Positions 60,279-64,000 of a stretch of DNA of 64,000 bases are shown here, one piece after another (position 1 is the stretch's first letter; every line of letters begins with the position of its first letter). This DNA is from Prevotella sp. Lineage in GTDB: Bacteria > Bacteroidota > Bacteroidia > Bacteroidales > Dysgonomonadaceae. Location: positions 47,776 to 111,775 of the forward strand of contig JAITVV010000071.1 of the NCBI GenBank assembly GCA_031285625.1. The letters run 5' to 3'. A program made the position numbers and the translations under genes. The notes beneath the pieces were generated by a model. That model was not told the DNA's origin, searched no databases, and saw only the letters and a list, made by a program, of their open reading frames with translations.

Positions 60279-61817
60279 TTATCCTATTGTTTTCAATAAA
60301 TTTTTCATGCTCACCTTATCAGAAATAATATCCGATAATTTATCTATTGCTACACGTTCCTGTTCCATTGTATCACGGTAGCGGATTGTAACAGTATTGT
60401 CTTCTAACGACTGGTGGTCAACAGTCACGCAATAAGGAGTACCTATAGCGTCCTGGCGGCGGTAACGTTTACCTATACTATCTTTTTCGTCATACTGACA
60501 TTTAAAGTCAAACTTTAAAGCATCAATAATTTCGCGGGCCTTTTCTGGTAATCCATCTTTTTTCACTAATGGAAGAACTCCAAGCTTAATTGGAGCTAAA
60601 GCTGCCGGTAATCTCAGTACAACACGGGTTTCGCCATCTTCCAGTACTTCTTCTGCATATGATGCAGAAACAATAGACAAGAACATACGGTCAACCCCGA
60701 TGGATGTTTCAATAACGTACGGAGTATATGATTTATTGAGTTCCGGATCAAAATATTGTAATTTTTTACCGGAATATTTTTCATGACTACTTAAGTCAAA
60801 ATCAGTACGGGAGTGAATTCCCTCCACTTCTTTAAACCCAAATGGCATTTCAAATTCTACATCTGTAGCTGCATTCGCATAGTGGGCCAATTTATCATGG
60901 TCATGGAAACGATATTTATGGTCGCCAAAACCAAGTGCCTTATGCCACTTCATACGTACTTCTTTCCATTTGGCAAACCATTCCAGCTCTTCACCGGGAC
61001 GAACAAAAAATTGCATCTCCATTTGTTCAAATTCACGCATACGGAAGATAAACTGACGGGCAACAATCTCGTTACGGAAAGCTTTACCAATCTGGGCAAT
61101 ACCAAAAGGTATTTTCATACGTCCTGTCTTTTGTACATTCAGAAAGTTTACAAAGATACCCTGTGCGGTTTCCGGACGAAGATACACTTTCATTGCACCG
61201 TCGGCTGTCGAACCCATCTCTGTTGAGAACATCAGGTTAAACTGGCGTACTTCTGTCCAGTTACGAGTTCCGCTGATAGGGTCAACAATCTCACAATCGA
61301 CTATAATCTGACGAAGCTCTTCCAGATTAGAATCATTTAAGGCTTTCGCAAATCGTGCATGTACTTCATCACGCTTAGCCTGATTCTCCAACACACGTGG
61401 ATTGGTCTGGCGATACATTGCCTCATCAAAGCTTTCACCAAATCTTTTGGCAGCCTTTTCTACTTCTTTATTTATTTTATCGTCAATCTTTGCCAGATAA
61501 TCTTCGATAAGGACATCGGCACGATAACGTTTTTTACTGTCTTTGTTATCAATCAAAGGATCATTAAAAGCATCAACATGTCCTGAGGCTTTCCAGATAG
61601 TAGGGTGCATAAAAATGGCAGAGTCAATTCCTACAACATTTTCGTTCAATAAAACCATACTGTCCCACCAGTATTTTTTAATATTGTTTTTCAATTCCAC
61701 TCCCATCTGACCATAATCATAGACAGCACTTAACCCGTCATAAATTTCACTGGACTGGAAAACAAAACCATACTCTTTACAATGCGAAACTATCTTTTTA
61801 AAAACATCTTCTGACAT
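60279..61817 (-). CDS. glyQS: Glycine--tRNA ligase (homodimeric type)
   Basis: YLRPETAQGIF, GKAFRNEI, FRMREFEQME and SIGKRYRRQDAIGTP motifs. Confidence 0.96.
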   Translation of the reverse strand: MSEDVFKKIVSHCKEYGFVFQSSEIYDGLSAVYDYGQMGVELKNNIKKYWWDSMVLLNENVVGIDSAIFMHPTIWKASGHVDAFNDPLIDNKDSKKRYRADVLIEDYLAKIDDKINKEVEKAAKRFGESFDEAMYRQTNPRVLENQAKRDEVHARFAKALNDSNLEELRQIIVDCEIVDPISGTRNWTEVRQFNLMFSTEMGSTADGAMKVYLRPETAQGIFVNFLNVQKTGRMKIPFGIAQIGKAFRNEIVARQFIFRMREFEQMEMQFFVRPGEELEWFAKWKEVRMKWHKALGFGDHKYRFHDHDKLAHYANAATDVEFEMPFGFKEVEGIHSRTDFDLSSHEKYSGKKLQYFDPELNKSYTPYVIETSIGVDRMFLSIVSASYAEEVLEDGETRVVLRLPAALAPIKLGVLPLVKKDGLPEKAREIIDALKFDFKCQYDEKDSIGKRYRRQDAIGTPYCVTVDHQSLEDNTVTIRYRDTMEQERVAIDKLSDIISDKVSMKNLLKTIG

Positions 61818-62040
61818 ATACCTTTAACTATTATTTTACGTTTCTTTTATACCTGATTAAATAATAAACAGGTCTGCGATCTTAAGTTGCACAAAGTAAA
61901 CATTTTTTTTTGATATAGAAGTAAATGATTGCTCTGCATATTTAAGATATTACCAGTCCTGCACTCACTATTTTATGTATATTTAGATTTGTTTCGAGGA
62001 GTTAACATCTTGTACCCAAGAGAATAATATCTATAAAGCC

Positions 62041-62190
62041 TTAATTATAACTTTTGAGATCGATCTCCATAAAGTCAGATACCTCTGTTTCCCATCGTTC
62101 TTTCACGAACTTTACATGGCTGAGATTATCATTATACGCTTTAATATACTATAGAGTCGCAAACTCCATATAGAAACAAAAGTTGAAATA
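62041..62190 (-). pseudogene. Remnant of a Dabb-family (stress-responsive A/B barrel) gene
   Basis: Minus strand reads YFNFCFYMEFATL*YIKAYNDNLSHVKFVKERWETEVSDFMEIDLKSYN*, resembling the Dabb C-terminus, with an in-frame TAG and no 5' half. Confidence 0.55.
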
Positions 62191-62211
62191 CCGGACTGGG
62201 TTTAAACTAAA

Positions 62212-62240
62212 AAACGGGAATATCTGGTATATTCCCGTTT
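62212..62240 (-). terminator. GH125 terminator
   Basis: AAACGGGAATAT/ATATTCCCGTTT stem with minus-strand U-tract. Confidence 0.75.
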
Positions 62241-62259
62241 TCTATACTTATAATTGGTT

Positions 62260-63753
62260 TTATTTTATTTCATTCAGTAGATCAACTTTTCCTTCATTTA
62301 CTAATTTAATAATCAGTTCGCCGAACAATGTATTCTGCCAAGCAAACCATTCGCGGGTAAATTTCTTAGGATTATCTTTGTTGAATGATTCGTGCATAAA
62401 TCCTGTGTCTGCATCTGTTTCGAGCAGCATTTTTATACATGTCTGGATTTCTTTATCATCCTGACTTGTAAATGCTTTCATCATAATGCTCATTGGCCAT
62501 ATCATGTCATATCCTATATGAGGGCCTCCAATGCCTTCTCCTGCGGTACCTTTAAAAAAATAAGGATTGTCTTCACTCCATACATAGTTACGTGTATTCT
62601 GGTAGATTGGATCGTTTACGTCCATATCCCCCAGGTAAGGCATTGCTAGTAAGCTAGGAACATTGGCATCATCCATCAACAGGTGATTACCAAAACCGTC
62701 TACTTCAAAAGCGTACATCTTACCATATTTAGGGTGGTTATAAACCGCATACTCTTTCAATGCTGTTTCCACTTCCTGTGCCAGATCGGAGCATTCTTTT
62801 GCCAAAGCAGTATTGTTATTTACTTTAGTCAATATTTCAGCAGCCTTTCTCAATGAAGTGACTGCAAAGAAATTGGATGGAACAAGATATTGTAAGGTAG
62901 TTGCATCATCAGAAGGACGGAATGCAGATACAATCAGCCCGACAGGCTTCACCGGTGCTCCCAGCCCGCCATTGTTCAATGTATCCAAAGCCCTGTCTGT
63001 TACGCGAAGGAATGAATAAGGGCCTACACCATCTTTACGTTGCTGCTCTTTAAATGTTTGTAAAACCAATGCAATAGCCTGTAACCATTCCTGATCAAAG
63101 ACGCTTGAATCTCCTGTGGTTTTCCAGTATTGATAAGCCAAACGGATAGGATAACAAAGTGAATCTATTTCCCATTTACGCTCATGTAATTCCGGTTTCA
63201 TCGCTGTTCCGTCCGACATCCACTGATGGTCAGGATTCGGATCGTGTGGATCCAAAAATGCATTTGCATACGGATCAATAATGATACATTTGAATTGACG
63301 GCGGATGACTCCGGCCAGCATTGCTTTCAGTTCAGGGTCATTATTGGCCAATTGTACATAAGGCCATACTTGTGCTCCCGAATCGCGTAGCCACATTGCA
63401 TGGATATCTCCGGTATAAACAACAGTATCATCCTTTCCATCGGTTTTACGGTAGCGAACTGTAGTGTCCAGTGTATTTGGAAAACAGTTCTCGAACATCC
63501 ACGCCATCTTTGGATTTTTTAGCATTTTTTTGATGCGTACAATCTCATTTTCTACTGCTTTGGATGTGAACAACCTTTTGTCTACAGCAGGGCGGTTACT
63601 CTTATAAGGGTCTGCCTTAATAGTAGTATTGTCCTGAACAAGTGTAATATCAGATTTAAGGATGTCTGATGCCTTGATTTCATTAGAACATAAAGTAGAG
63701 CCTACCAGACATAGTCCAAGGATACCTTTCTTTAAATAGTTTTTGTTTTGCAT
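62260..63753 (-). CDS. GH125 exo-alpha-1,6-mannosidase
   Basis: FENCFPNTLDTT, TGDIHAMWLRDS, ERKWEIDSL, FRPSDD, MDDANVPSLL and FTREWFAW motifs. Confidence 0.93.
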   Translation of the reverse strand: MQNKNYLKKGILGLCLVGSTLCSNEIKASDILKSDITLVQDNTTIKADPYKSNRPAVDKRLFTSKAVENEIVRIKKMLKNPKMAWMFENCFPNTLDTTVRYRKTDGKDDTVVYTGDIHAMWLRDSGAQVWPYVQLANNDPELKAMLAGVIRRQFKCIIIDPYANAFLDPHDPNPDHQWMSDGTAMKPELHERKWEIDSLCYPIRLAYQYWKTTGDSSVFDQEWLQAIALVLQTFKEQQRKDGVGPYSFLRVTDRALDTLNNGGLGAPVKPVGLIVSAFRPSDDATTLQYLVPSNFFAVTSLRKAAEILTKVNNNTALAKECSDLAQEVETALKEYAVYNHPKYGKMYAFEVDGFGNHLLMDDANVPSLLAMPYLGDMDVNDPIYQNTRNYVWSEDNPYFFKGTAGEGIGGPHIGYDMIWPMSIMMKAFTSQDDKEIQTCIKMLLETDADTGFMHESFNKDNPKKFTREWFAWQNTLFGELIIKLVNEGKVDLLNEIK

Positions 63754-63758
63754 AGTTA

Positions 63759-64000
63759 TTATTTCTTTTTTGAATTTCTTTCCTTAGAGAATGAATATGG
63801 CGTATCATTAATATTTATTCCTTTATTTTTATTCGGATTTGGCGCCATCAGATAGTTAATTGTTGCCCCCTTTAGCAGAGTATCGTGAGTCAGGTAGTTT
63901 TTAGTATAAGGCTGTCCGTTCACCGTCATACCGTTCACATACCTGTTTTCCTTACTGTTGTTCCCTGCTTTGATGGTTACCTTCTTTCCGTTTTCCAGGT
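63759..64000 (-). CDS. C-terminus of a GH92 alpha-mannosidase (runs off the window edge)
   Basis: Translation LENGKKVTIKAGNNSKENRYVNGMTVNGQPYTKNYLTHDTLLKGATINYLMAPNPNK...PYSFSK matches typical GH92 C-termini; abuts the GH125 start. Confidence 0.75.
   Translation of the reverse strand, partial: LENGKKVTIKAGNNSKENRYVNGMTVNGQPYTKNYLTHDTLLKGATINYLMAPNPNKNKGININDTPYSFSKERNSKKK

Noticed and set aside
1-64000. CRISPR arrays, rRNA, transposases, prophage, and the many 60-180-aa ORFs nested in or antisense to long genes
   Set aside because: No repeat-spacer periodicity or recognisable motifs were seen, and the nested ORFs are shadows of well-supported genes.

Overview
This is an AT-rich Bacteroidales chromosome segment; gene content and TAnnTTTG promoters suggest a Dysgonomonas-like organism (inference). 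It carries housekeeping genes (tRNA-Lys, galE, glnS, coaBC, thrC, thrA, apgM, fabI, glyQS, tnaA) and an intact SusC/SusD/SusF-like/2xGH30/GH3 locus resembling the Bacteroides beta-1,6-glucan PUL. A second, FecR-controlled PUL has collapsed, with its susC 5' part joined directly to the 3' half of an ECF sigma gene. The window ends in a GH92/GH125 alpha-mannan locus and begins with a radical SAM/SPASM gene followed by an unannotated 55-aa ORF. The most notable hidden signal is a three-box DNA motif (two tandem AAARGTNACA boxes plus one inverted box). It occurs three times, upstream of an LD-carboxypeptidase, in the coaBC/tnaA divergent region, and over the promoter of a POT peptide transporter, suggesting an uncharacterised peptide/amino-acid regulon. 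Also present are a 67-bp-spaced operator pair before the PUL whose likely SusR-type regulator lies ~24 kb away, a nested MITE/REP-like element, two pseudogenes and a heptamer microsatellite upstream of galE. No CRISPR array, rRNA, transposase or prophage was seen.
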